Made by a program: the position numbers and the translations under genes. This document shows, one piece after another, positions 12,801 through 23,800 of a DNA stretch of 64,000 nucleotides (position 1 is the first letter of the stretch; the number at the start of each line of letters is the position of its first letter). The stretch is from contig NW_020846447.1 in NCBI RefSeq assembly GCF_003704095.1, positions 1-64,000 of the forward strand. The letters are read 5' to 3'. Below the pieces are notes generated by a model. The model made no database searches, was not told the origin of the DNA, and saw only the letters and a list, made by a program, of their open reading frames with translations. The DNA is from Pocillopora damicornis. Lineage: Eukaryota.

Positions 12801-15800
12801 AAATTTCCTAATGTGCTGGCAAGGAGAATTTGTTAAGCAATCTAGAGATTCTTCAGTTTGTTATCATTTCCTTTATTCTCATAACCTTAATGTTTGATTC
12901 AGGGGTGATATTGAAAGGAGAATTTAGATGCTGGTCACTCTCAGGAATTAAAGGGTTAAAAAAGGTTTCTTTAATATGATTACTGTGAATTTTTGGGGTG
13001 ATTTTAACTCTGAATATAGTAAACAGAAAATTGGTCTTGTTTATATTAACATCAGAAATCTGAACAGGCTTATGTTACCTAGCCTATCAGCAAAATCAGT
13101 GCACCCCCATGCTTGAAAAACTGCTTATCTTTTACTAAATTAGATACAGATTTGTGAATTTTACTTGCTATCCACACAAAGTTATCAATCCATTCAAACT
13201 TACATCTGTTTTTGGAGGAGAAATACAGAACTGTATAAGTCCAATTTTGGCTTTCTCCACTTGCGATATTCCTCCAGCCAAATGGCTGATTTTTTGTTCC
13301 AGAACAAGACCCTCCACCAGCTCTGTATCATCTACTGTGCCACTGAAAAACAAAACACAACCATCTCAATGAAGAAGGTAAAAGAATTGTTAACATTGTT
13401 CAAGACCATGCCAAGATGAGAAGAGGAAGCAAGAGTTTCCGAAGATGAGTTAATCAAAGCTTGGAGTTAATTCCACAATTCAAGTTATTTGTCTGACAGT
13501 CATGTCACAGACAGAAATTGTGATATCATGAACATTCAAGATAGAAAATTTTCTGAACCAAAACAGACCAAAAATATTCACTATGGTAAAATATCAACAC
13601 TATACAAGGAAACAGCTCAGACAGCACTCAATGGTGCAGATTGATTAATCACAGAAGAATATTATGGGGGCAATCATTTGGTCATCATAGCTGTACACCA
13701 GAGTCCTTGCACACTGTACCCATCTTTACAAATCTTCTTACAGAGAAGCAATTTTGCAGCTTAATGTTGCTACATGGAATCAGAACTGGGAAAAATTTAA
13801 GCAAATCCATTTTAATGACATACCCTAATTTCTGCACAACTCGGATATCTTTAAGGTTAACATTTTCAGCTGTTGCAGGATCAATGACTCTAAGGACAGC
13901 ATCAACCGTGATTGGTGCCAGAAGATTTGAGTACTGAGAGACAACCTAATGAGGAAATGAAAGGAAATATTAAGACCACAAACAACATCTAAAGAGATGG
14001 CAAAATCTCAAAAAAACACTACTCAGATTTAAAGAAGACAAGAATGTCAAAAAAATGCTTTCATGCTGCTTAAAACCTGCTGGAAGTAGAGTGGAGTAGA
14101 GTTAACTACTGTACGGTACTAAATTAACACATAATTGGTGCCAGCCCCATCACCTTAGAACTGAGGGATGTCATTGCACTTTTCAGTAGAGATGCTCTGT
14201 CACTTAAAGCAACTGGCATAGACATGGTTGTCAGTATTTCCACTGCCTTAGCAGCTGCCTTCTCAAAAGATTCAGATACAGTGGTGGGGTGAATTCCTAC
14301 AATGATGAAGAAAGACTGTTAAAAAAAGATCAATACATCTGATCACTTTAATGTCTTTATTTTTGTGACATCTTTCTTACTCTGGAAGGCAAATTTTCCA
14401 GTCCAAATCTTGAGGTACATTTGTACATTATGCTCTCAGAACAAACTTTAAAGATAAATAATTTGTGAGACTCTAATCAACGTTTTCTTTGACTTTTGTT
14501 TTATCTCTAGGACCACAAGTAATTAAAAAAAAAAACAGGAGGTAAACAAGTTGGTACAGATATACTTTAAGAGTTCTCTGACCAAACCTTTCTCAAATAA
14601 TTTTAAGAGAAGTTGTAGGTTGCCTTAAGTGACCTTAACATTACAAAATTAATGAAAAAGTTGTTGGGGGCAATCATTTTTTTTCTCCCTCTCATCTGAA
14701 TAACAAGCCATTGGTTCAAGCAAGCTATTAAATGAAGAGGGTATAATGTCATTCTTTCCATTACACTAAATGTAAATAACTCAAGAAGATGCTAATGTTG
14801 CTCAAACTATCTAGCCAAGCACATTTAAAGAGATAAATCTTACATGGTGTCTGTATCTAATTTCCACATACAATTAATCCTTTTAAGGTGTATGTAGTAA
14901 AAAGTTACCTTTCTCCAGTAGTTTAGCACTAGCACTGAGTAAGCTCCCAGCAATCACTACTACAGTTGTTGTACCATCTCCAGCCTCTATGTCTTGAGCT
15001 TTAGACAACTCTACCAGCTAAAATCACAATAATAGATATACAATTTTAAATCATGTGGTTTAGATGGTACACAAAAGCTGTCATTAGTATCAAAACCTAA
15101 AACTCATTTATGAGAGAAAAGATAACAAACTTTTTACTGCATAACACACAAAAGCACTAGTTTCATTGCAACTCAAAAAGTCAAGCTTAAAAATGTAGTC
15201 CTGGAAACAAGTTACTGCATGAAAAAAATTTATTACTAAGACTCTCAAGGCATTATATATATGAACACAGCAGAGACATTACTTCATACTTTACAGATGG
15301 TCTAAATGTACAACTGTACACCTAACAAGCCCATGTTGATTGCTTCTATTGACTTTAAACGTATCAGTTACAGTAAAGTTGTTGGAGCAACCATTTGATT
15401 TCTCCCTCCCATCTGAATAACAAGCCAGAAATGTGGGCAAGCTATTTAATGAAGAGGGTAAAAACAAACACTTGGTACAGATTCGCATTTTACATCAGTA
15501 GTGGAGCACAGCATGTAACTCCAGCAAGAAACATTAAATACAAATTTTGCAGTAAAAATTATATGCAGTTTAATGTAATTTAACAGAGTTAACAACAAAG
15601 AGCATCAGCTTTCTCTAGTAGTCTGCTGTTGTTGCATATGCGTGTGCGTGGGAATTCCGTGTACTCTTCATTTAAGGCTTTCTTGTGAAAGCTTTGAGTG
15701 TGAACTTTCAGCATTGTTTGAAGTGCCAGCTCATTATCCAGGTAGTTTTTCTCCCTCTTCCTTCCCTCTTTCCACTGTTTATTCAGTATGACTGGTGCCT

Positions 15801-17005
15801 GTTTCCCTTTCCTGCCTGAGAGCTCATGGCTGAGTTGTCAGGATTTGCCAGCCATGGGAGCAGTCTCCATCTAGGAGCTGGCTGCCAATAGTGAAAGCTC
15901 CTGGATGTCTTGGTCACCCAACCTCCACTTAGTGATGCAGTTGTTAATCATAACTAACTAACTTTTTATATCTTTCCTCTCCCTCCACTAACAAGAAACT
16001 CTACTGTATATCTCAATATGGATAAATAACCACTTTACCATTCTTGCAGCTGGGTGCAACACCTGCATTTGCTTCAAAATTGTGGCACCATCATTGGTGA
16101 TTGTTACATCACCATTTCCACTTTGGATCTAAGACAGTAGCCAAGAACACAAACAACAATAAGTTCAATTTTTTGGAATAAGCATTGTACTAAGCTGTAC
16201 AGAAGGGATTTGTTACAATTCCTTGTAAGTGTGTATGAATTGGAACAGAGACCAGTATCTCATCACCCAAAATATCTATGAAAAAATGCAAGAGAGTATA
16301 TAAGGCTGACTAACTCGCAAAGCTGCAAAGCTTAAGGCTGTGGGGCTTAAAACTTGATTTATAAACCTTTTACATCCTATCATAGTTTGGGTGATCATTT
16401 CCTTAATTCTCATAGGGGGTAATATTGTGGGGAGAAATTAGATGCTAGGAATTATTAAGGGCTCAGAGGGTTAAGAGATGGAAATGGAAACCTCTCAAAG
16501 TTGACGGCTGGAAATCAGTCAAAGATGCCGGCTGACAATCTGGCTGAGTGCCAAAAAAAATTGAAAAATATACTTCAAACCTTTATTTCCAGTCTGGATA
16601 ATTTGTCGTATCAAGTCTGTCATCACTTCAATTTCGAATATGTTACAAAAATTCAACATTTAAGCCAAAAAAAGGCTTTGTGAAACCATACAAAGTGAAA
16701 ACGTTCGTTTCACCAACAACACTCCAATAGTGACAAGTCTGCATAGCTCCATTACTACATGTGGCTGTCACTCACCATTTTGTCCATCCCTTTAGGCCCA
16801 AGACTTGTTCTGATCGCATCTGCAACAGCTAAGAACGCAAAATAGTTCTCTTGTAAATCCTCCTATTGTAGATATTGAATCACAGGCAGAAATACTCACC
16901 TTTTGCTGCTGTGATGTTACTCATACGAATCTCGGTGGGCTTATCCTTGTCTTTGAAAGCCCCTTGTTTATTTCCATCTCCAGCGTTTGTCTTCAACTCA
17001 GGCAT
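9819..17005 (-). CDS. CCT4: T-complex protein 1 subunit delta (CCT4), ~533 aa, 13 exons (17005-16900, 16828-16776, 16128-16039, 15017-14909, 14296-14154, 13945-13824, 13342-13204, 12716-12577, 12423-12327, 11941-11703, 10948-10714, 10326-10213, 9833-9819)
   Basis: [55 protein letters not shown] and a C-terminal KIDDIVNTR; all splice phases are consistent. Confidence 0.97.
11060..11393. mobile_element. Foldback non-autonomous element (~110-bp diverged inverted arms) in CCT4 intron 10
   Basis: Arm ...TCAGAAATCTTCATATATACCTCTTACTA (to ~11168) mirrors TAGTAAGAGGTATGTACGAAGATTTCTGA... (from 11281). Confidence 0.75.
12752..12955. mobile_element. piggyBac-type MITE (TTAA TSD, CCCTT...AAGGG ends); many diverged relatives, e.g. 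~9276-9440, 23271-23471, 24090-24295, 28893-29100, 30432-30620, 51843-52047, 58221-58420
   Basis: TTAA|CCCTTTACAC...TTAAAGGG|TTAA; shared core ATCAGTATGCATATTCTCCATACTGTTCTC and GGAGAATTTG. Confidence 0.85.
13612..13694 (-). ncRNA. Candidate box C/D snoRNA in CCT4 intron 6
   Basis: Sense to the host gene: ACAGC-T-ATGATGA (box C) ... GTGATTA (C'-like) ... CTGA (box D)-GCTGT; 5-bp terminal stem; 83 nt. Confidence 0.75.
14611..14743 (-). ncRNA. Candidate box H/ACA snoRNA, copy 1 (CCT4 intron 4)
   Basis: Hairpin CCCTCTTCAT...ATGAGAGGG, H box AGAAAA, hairpin TTGCC...GGCAA, then ACA + 3 nt; 133 nt; paralogue in intron 3. Confidence 0.75.
15331..15460 (-). ncRNA. Candidate box H/ACA snoRNA, copy 2 (CCT4 intron 3)
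   Basis: Same 5' hairpin (CCCTCTTCATT...TTATTCAGATGGGAGGG), ANANNA hinge (AAATCA), compensated 3' stem GTTGCT/AGCAAT, then ACA + 3 nt; 130 nt. Confidence 0.75.
15589..15947 (+). other. ~360-nt structured element antisense within CCT4 intron 3 (unknown ncRNA or retroelement terminal repeat)
   Basis: Terminal pairings TTAACAAC/GTTGTTAA and GCATCA/TGATGC; internal hairpins with G-U wobbles on the + strand. Confidence 0.45.
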
Positions 17006-17218
17006 TGTGAATAAATTCCTCGATTAATATCCTTACTCTTTAACGTGTAAACTTTACAATCAAGTTCTGTAGCAAGACGATGAAAACGGATTGTATAGGA
17101 AAACCCTAATGCTATGGCTAAAGAGAGCCACACCAGCTGAAAAAAGCTCTGCATAGACTGGTGCTGAATGACTAGAATTCATGCAGGCGTACATAACGTG
17201 TTCAATAAAGCCTACGAT
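17006..17218. promoter_or_regulatory. Putative bidirectional promoter, CCT4 / DMAC1-like
   Basis: Divergent ATGs 213 bp apart; YY1-like ATATGGCG overlaps the DMAC1-like start. Confidence 0.65.
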
Positions 17219-18404
17219 ATGGCGTCTTCCTCTAACTCAGAAGAGAACAAGAAACTTCCTCCGTTAGAAAAGTTACCTGATGTAGTGGAAGAACCAAAAC
17301 CGGTTTATAAGGAGGTATGGGTATCCTTCTTGTCTGTACGTGATAAATATATTTTTATACAGCCTGGATATTATGGAAAGTGGCGTCACCGTATGCAAGT
17401 CACACCGCAATTGAATGTGTACAGAGAGTACCAATTGTACTGTATCGACGTCGTGCGAGTGTGTTACTTTTTGAATTGGTTACCAAGTTGTATTGGTATT
17501 TCTTTAATTGTTATTTAATTATCTCCCAGATCAAATTTGTAATTCTCCTTACTGTCAACCATCCAATTCTTACAGTGTTAGTTCAGAGAATTTACTTTTG
17601 GATTAACTAATTTTCCCCAAATTTATATTTTTCTTTATTCTCATCACTTATCTGGTTGATATTGTATTGATATTGTGAGGAGAAATTCTGTCTTGGTCAC
17701 TCGTGAAAGATGAAGGGTTAAAAAACTAATGAAATAATGTAACTTGATGGTTGTTTTCATCCATAACCTCCTTTTTTAATTTATGCATCTTTTTCACATT
17801 CATCTTCTTTTTCTTACACAGGAAAATACCAATGACAGTTGGTCAGCATTGGTTAGGAAGCTCGACATAGAGTTTAATGAGGATTGTGTGAGTTGTAAGT
17901 TCATTGGTGCATCAGTGTGTTATGTTTGTGGATACATCGCGTTGAATACTGTCAAGACTATCCCAGCTTCGAACATGCCAGCAAAGGTCATGACTGGATT
18001 ATTTGGTGTGGGTATGTGAGACTTTTTCTTTGATGAAAACATGCCAAAATCTTTTCTTAAAAGTAAATGATGAAACAATCCTTGCAGTTGAACTGCATGT
18101 ATTTAGGGGATTGCAATTAAAGAAGCCTGAAAATATTAAGGCATTGACACAGTTTGAAACTGTGCCAACCAGATCATAGTTGGGTACTATTATCAGCATG
18201 AAGAAAACTGAAAAAACGTGCTTCATGGGGTTCAAACCAGAATGCATTCCTCCCTCATTTAGGAACACTGCATCAATGTTACTTCAATTTTTCTTTCACC
18301 TAGGACTTTTTGGGATTGGAACACTCAGACTTTTTAAAAGTCCGGCTGAACTGGCGATCGACAGACCCTCGAACAAGAGCTCAGGCAAGGACAGTTGGTG
18401 GTGA
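17219..18404 (+). CDS. DMAC1: DMAC1/TMEM261-like (DUF4536) small mitochondrial membrane protein, ~128 aa, exons 17219-17314, 17822-18011, 18304-18404
   Basis: DCVSCKFIG motif (cf. CxSCR of DUF4536) followed by two Gly-rich hydrophobic segments; in-frame GT-AG splicing. Confidence 0.65.
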
Positions 18405-19412
18405 CAGTGCTGTTGAAAAATATCCATGAGGGAACAAATTATTGTTACTATAAATGTAACTTCCTTTCACATGTTACTTCATCTGTCAAACCTATAACAC
18501 CTACAAGTGATTAATATGTAATTTCTCCTAGTGATTCAAATACATTATCTGGCTAACAGGTAATGAGAACTGAGAAGTTTATCATTTGGAAGGTGTTATT
18601 TTGATAGAACACCAAATTCTCCAGTCTAGTTCTCAAGGTAATGTATAGCAGTCAGAAGGGAGACTTACTTGTTGGATCTTGGGAGTTAAGGAGGTAATCG
18701 AGGAGAAACATTTGTAACAACTGTAAACCAGAAAACAGCAGCTTGTAAGATTCGATTATAAACTGCTGTTATGGAAATTGCTTTAAGGTACTTTTATGAA
18801 GGGACCCTACAGCTTGTCAGTATTGAAAATAGGACTCCATAATCTGGCTGAAGTCCAATCTACTGGACAAGAGATGTTTTTGGAGAGCTTATGTTACTTT
18901 TGTCTTTAAGTGTGTATGTTAAACATTTCCAATGATGCATAATTTACTCAGCACTACCCAGAAACACAGTGGATATGGACTGTAGATTGTAAAATGCTAA
19001 AAACAATGTTTTCAGTAATTTGATTGTAAGACATATCTCTGTTAAGAAGTTTTGAACAATGGAGTTCTAACTGAACATTTTAAATACTCAGGATAAAGTT
19101 TTTGAACATTTCTTTCTTTCCTTCTTTTTGTAGATGATTCTTGTGATAGCCCTCTCCCACTTTCTCCAGGCCACCTTACCCCTCCCCTAATACACCTACC
19201 CTGCCCATCACTAGCAAAAAAGGTAATTGCTCTTTGATATCACAAGATTTATTCAAGAAATCAAAACTGATATTAGAGATCAAACACTTCCCATGAGAAG
19301 AAGATGAAAAGAGCTTGATTTCCATTCATATCTATCTACTACACCATTAAAATGTGGTTTGGAATTTTACTTTCCTATTATTGTAATTTTTTCTGCAGTT
19401 TATTTCCCCCCC

Positions 19413-19413
19413 C

Positions 19414-19452
<39 letters not shown>
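19413..19452. repeat. (CT)n microsatellite
   Basis: ~20 CT units with one interruption. Confidence 0.95.
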
Positions 19453-19453
<1 letters not shown>

Positions 19454-20184
19454 AAAAAAATAATTTTCAGCCAAAATGCGTTAAAAAAAACTCTTGTGCC
19501 TTGTACTCCTAAAAATTGATCTTAATTTGCGAAACGTAAAAAATTCCTTAAACCATGAGTCTTCTGAAAAGATGAGCTCGGTAATTTAAGCCAATTTGTG
19601 ATGTTCGCGGCCCTATCAAAAATGGGCTTCCGGGTGCCGAAGTGATTTTCCCACTCGTGGCTAGTACGCGCGCGTGAGGTGTTTCAATCATGATCTTGAC
19701 CGGACTGTAACCATATTTCTTTTTCTATTTCCGGTGTATTGAGATCATCCGTTTGAGAGTTTGCGTGGAGGTCTCGTGTCTTTAATCGACTATCCGTGAA
19801 AAGGAGGCATAGAATACTTTTTTGGAAACTGTTTTATAGGTTAGCAACGGTAAAGAAGTGCAAACAGCCTTTTAAAAACTTGTTCAAATTCATGAGCGAA
19901 AGCAAAGTACAGCGCAAACTAAAGCGCAAAGTACAGCGCAAAGTACAAAAATCGACCCGAGATGACCTCCTGAAGATAATTTCCTTTGTTGCCTGTCATA
20001 AATAGAGCGCTCACCCTTTGGGAATCGGTTGTTCAGAGTTCCCCGCTCATCAGGATGCTACCCAATATTACGTCATCAATCACGCAAGAATGGGAATACA
20101 GGGTACGGACAGACTCATCTAAGAAATTTTCAAACTTTCAGAATGGAAAATAATTTCTTGAAAATTCGGGAGTAACTCTGGTTT

Positions 20185-20525
20185 TGTAGATAGAAATAAG
20201 AGAGATGGTAAGTTTTGAGCTCGGTAAATAAAAGATGGTTTTTTTTTTTCGTCTTGTCACGACAACAGAAAAATTTTAGTTTCCCATGAGAAGTCGAAGC
20301 TCAGTCATTCGGTTTACGCGCTCGATACACTAACCACTGAGTCACAAAGACTCCACGGTAAATAAGGCCTTTTACGAAGTTTAGATCACACGCTTCCTGC
20401 ATACTGCTAGGATCTGCACTGTCGAAAGCGTAATGTTTGTAGATAGAAATAAAAGAGATAGTAAGTTTTGAGCTCGGTAAAGAAATAGAGAAAGATGTTT
20501 TTCTATTTCTTTACCGAGCTAAAAA
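20185..20525 (-). mobile_element. tRNA-related SINE-like repeat bounded by ~45-bp direct repeats; a diverged + strand copy lies at ~34735-34925
   Basis: TTTGTAGATAGAAATAA(G/A)AGAGAT(G/A)GTAAGTTTTGAGCTCGGTAAA occurs twice; the minus strand has A-box-like TGACTCAGTGG and B-box-like GCTTCGACTTC; TCCTAGCAGT(A/G)TGCAGG is shared with the 34745 copy. Confidence 0.6.
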
Positions 20526-20880
20526 AAAAATCTTTCTCTAATTCTGGATTTTGTTTCCATGCTGTAGTTTATTAATCGATGAGGAAAATATTTCAGCCTT
20601 GTATTCTGAAAATAAAGTAATAAAGTTTGTACACAATATTGTACAATTCCTGAGAGGAAATCATCCATTTCTGGGTCAGGGAGTCCCCCATTTATCACGT
20701 GTCCTGCAAGTGACCCAGTGTGGCGTGATCATGCATATCCATATTAGGTAAGTTAAGGGTTCGCTTATTTATCACCTGAGTAACCGAGCCTGACCTTCCC
20801 TTGCAAGCAGCCGGCACGTCACACTCCCCTCCGTAACCCCAAATTCTGCTCAAACCAGCTGTGGATTACACTAATTCACA

Positions 20881-23800
20881 ATGCTCAAAGCATTAGGAGA
20901 TCCTTATGTTGTCGCTAAATTCCAACAGACGTTTGGTCTAAGGAGGGTGGACGAAAATGATGACCTCTCCAAGATGCGTGATCAGAACGACTCCTCGTCG
21001 TTAGGAAATGGACATGTTTCCGATGGATATTCTACACACAACAACCATCTTCTCACGAACGGTTCAAATCACGCCCATCAGCGAAACGGATTCGTCAAGC
21101 CTGAGCCACTAGAGAAGTCCAAATCAGCTGGCAAGGAAAAGAAAATCGGCCAGCAGTACGAGTGCAACAGATTTTTCCACGCGCTTTTCGTGTTTGGTTC
21201 AACCCTGGGCTACGAGTCGTTTTATCTCACATTTTTTCCTTTCTTGATTTGGAACATTGACGAATATCTCGCTCGAAGAACTGTTATTTTATGGGCTGTT
21301 ATTATGTACCTAGGTCAGAGTGCCAAAGATGTCATTCAGTGGCCAAGACCGCCATCTCCTCCAGTGATTTCTGTGGAGAAACGTTTCCAAGTGGAATATG
21401 GCATGCCGTCGACCCACGCGATGGTGGGGACTATTATTCCGTTTTGTTTGGTGTATTTTAGTTACGATCGTTACCAGGTAAGCTCATTTTTGTCGTGGTT
21501 TGTACCTGTTACGTTTATTAATATGTTTAGGGTTAGCTCCTTGTACACTTGTTGCAATCAGACCATGTAAATATGTCACTTGAGGTGGGAACATGCTAAT
21601 CAAAGAGATAATTGTCCTAACATCGTTCGTAACGAATCGATGGCTTGCTACACTGTCATGTTAATAACCGTTTTATGCAAACGGGAAATTTTCCACACCC
21701 CTTTGTCTTGATACTGTATACAAGTTTTGTTATGCCAAAGGAAGTAAGTTTCGTAAGAAACTGTGGTGTTGCGTCGGTGGGAGAGTATAACAGGGTAATT
21801 TAGTATGGTAAAATTTCCGCACAGCCCCATAAATAAAACAAATCTGTTTTCTCAACGGCAATGTATTTTTTGTCGTTGTTTTCTCTATCCAAGAACTGAA
21901 TGCATAATGTAGTAGGGAGCTGTGCAGAAAGTTTACCATTTAGTGTGATCAAATGAATTGATAACGTAAACTGGCGACCGTAAGGAGTTTCAGTGCATGA
22001 CTTCTTGGATGTCAGGAAGTGATTCAGCTCAGATCAGACAAAATTCCTGAATATTCTGAAAAGCAAATTTGAGAGATCGGTGGATCACTTGTGATGCTGT
22101 GTTGGTGGGAGAGTATAAGAGGCTAATTTAGTATTATCAAATGAAATGATAACATAAATTGGCAACTGTAAGGAGTTTCAGTGCATGACTACTTGGATGT
22201 CAGGAAGTGATTCAGCTCAGATCAGACAAAATTCCTGAATATTCTGCAAGGCAAATTTGAGAGATCAGTGGATTGCTTGCATCATTTTCTTGATAGCAAG
22301 GTGCTGATAAGGAAATAAAAAATGATCCCTGTAAAAATTAGTGAAATCAAGTACTGTCTCCAGTGTCAAGTGATGTGCTCTAATTTGCTTCATTTTGCGT
22401 ACAAAATACTTCAAGCTCAAATGCAGCCTTTAACAATATGAATTGCATTTTGCCATTATAAAACAATGCTTTACAAATTGCTATCATAGGATCTTCATTG
22501 TCTGTGAAAAGAAGCATGAACAAATTTTGAGTTCCTCCTTGGAATTTGCAGTTCCAGATTATAAGGAAGTTGGACCAGGGTGATAGCATTTATAACCTTA
22601 TTTTCCAAGGAATTCTACTAGCAAAGTCTTCTTGATACCCCATCTTTTAAAAGAAATATTTATCAAGGGGCACAATTATGTAATAACATAAAATTCTACA
22701 ATCTAATAGATTAAAAACAAAACAACTTACTGTTGTTCTCACGTGGATTTTATTTGTTGCAGTATCCCTTATACATTGGTGTTATATTTGGAATATGTTG
22801 GTGTGTTCTGGTATCAACCAGTCGTCTGTACATGGGAATGCACACACTGCAGGTATATACATTTACTTTCAAATATTTCATTGTCAGCACAAGAATGTGA
22901 TTTCTCTAGTCAAGAGGGAAAGTAGTCTCATGCTTCCTGTTATATAGTGTTCCTGTTCCCTCTCACTTTAAGAGTTGATGTCAATTGGAACCCTTGTCAT
23001 TGTTACCTTGTAGAAGAAGTTACTAGGTGCAGCTTAGTTTATATTAACTGTTTATCTCCCAAAAGTAATTGACATGTAAATTCTCCTTGTAATTCTAACA
23101 GGGTATTCATCTTTATCTTGTAAACAGATCGTGAGAACAGAGAAGCTTATCAGAAAGAGGGTGTTGTTTTGGAATAAAACCAAATTCCCCTGTCTAGTTC
23201 ACTAGGAAGATTCAATGGCAACAAGAAGGGAGAATTAGTATTGGGATCTTTAGAGCTTGAGTTGAAGGGTTAGCCCTTTACACCCTAACTTCAGTATGCA
23301 CATTCTCCATACTGTTTTTATACATTTCCTAAGGCGCTGAGAAGGAGAATTTGTTTATTAATCAAGAGAATATTTAGTTTGTGATCATTTCCTTTATTCT
23401 CGTGACCTTACTGTGTGATGCATGGGTTATACTGTTGGGAGAAATAAGATGCTAATCAGTCTCAAGGGTTAAAGGATTAAGATGTAAAAAGAACTTGTGA
23501 CTCTCACTTGGTATAATTTATTTAATGATTAACTTCCAAATGTAAGGTCAAAATAAGAAATTTCAAAATTTGAAGACTTTGGATTTTGGCTTGAGTCAAA
23601 TGCCAAGTCTTATGAAGTGGCATATTTAATTCCTAATCTTTAAAGCGAGTTTGAATTTTCCAATAAGCAGGAAACATAACAGACAAGACAACCCTTCAAA
23701 TTATTTTTTAAATGTGTAGAGGCAGCATGGCTGAGTGGTTAGGGTGCTGGACTTGTAATCTGCTGGTCCCGGGTTCAAGCCCTCCACCCTGTTACTCACT

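Noticed and set aside
13390-13525. Hairpin CACAATT/AATTGTG with a downstream ACA in CCT4 intron 6 as another H/ACA RNA
   Set aside because: No ANANNA box follows the first hairpin and the second hairpin is poor.
15900-15965. HDV-like ribozyme (ACCTCCACTT resembles P3/L3), or RNase P / telomerase RNA
   Set aside because: There is no P2 partner or GG for P1.1, no RNase P CR-I, and no CUAACCCUA template.
16510-16630. GTGATGA...CTGA pair on the minus strand in CCT4 intron 2 as a further C/D snoRNA
   Set aside because: The terminal stem is weak and there is no convincing guide.
17321-17330. U12-type donor GTATCCTT 6 nt downstream of the DMAC1-like U2 donor
   Set aside because: There is no TCCTTAAC branch site at the expected 10-20 nt from the acceptor (only TCCATAAC ~60 nt upstream); unsupported without RNA-seq.
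23719-23795. Functional tRNA-Thr gene
   Set aside because: The acceptor and anticodon stems are imperfect and the sequence continues into a SINE body.
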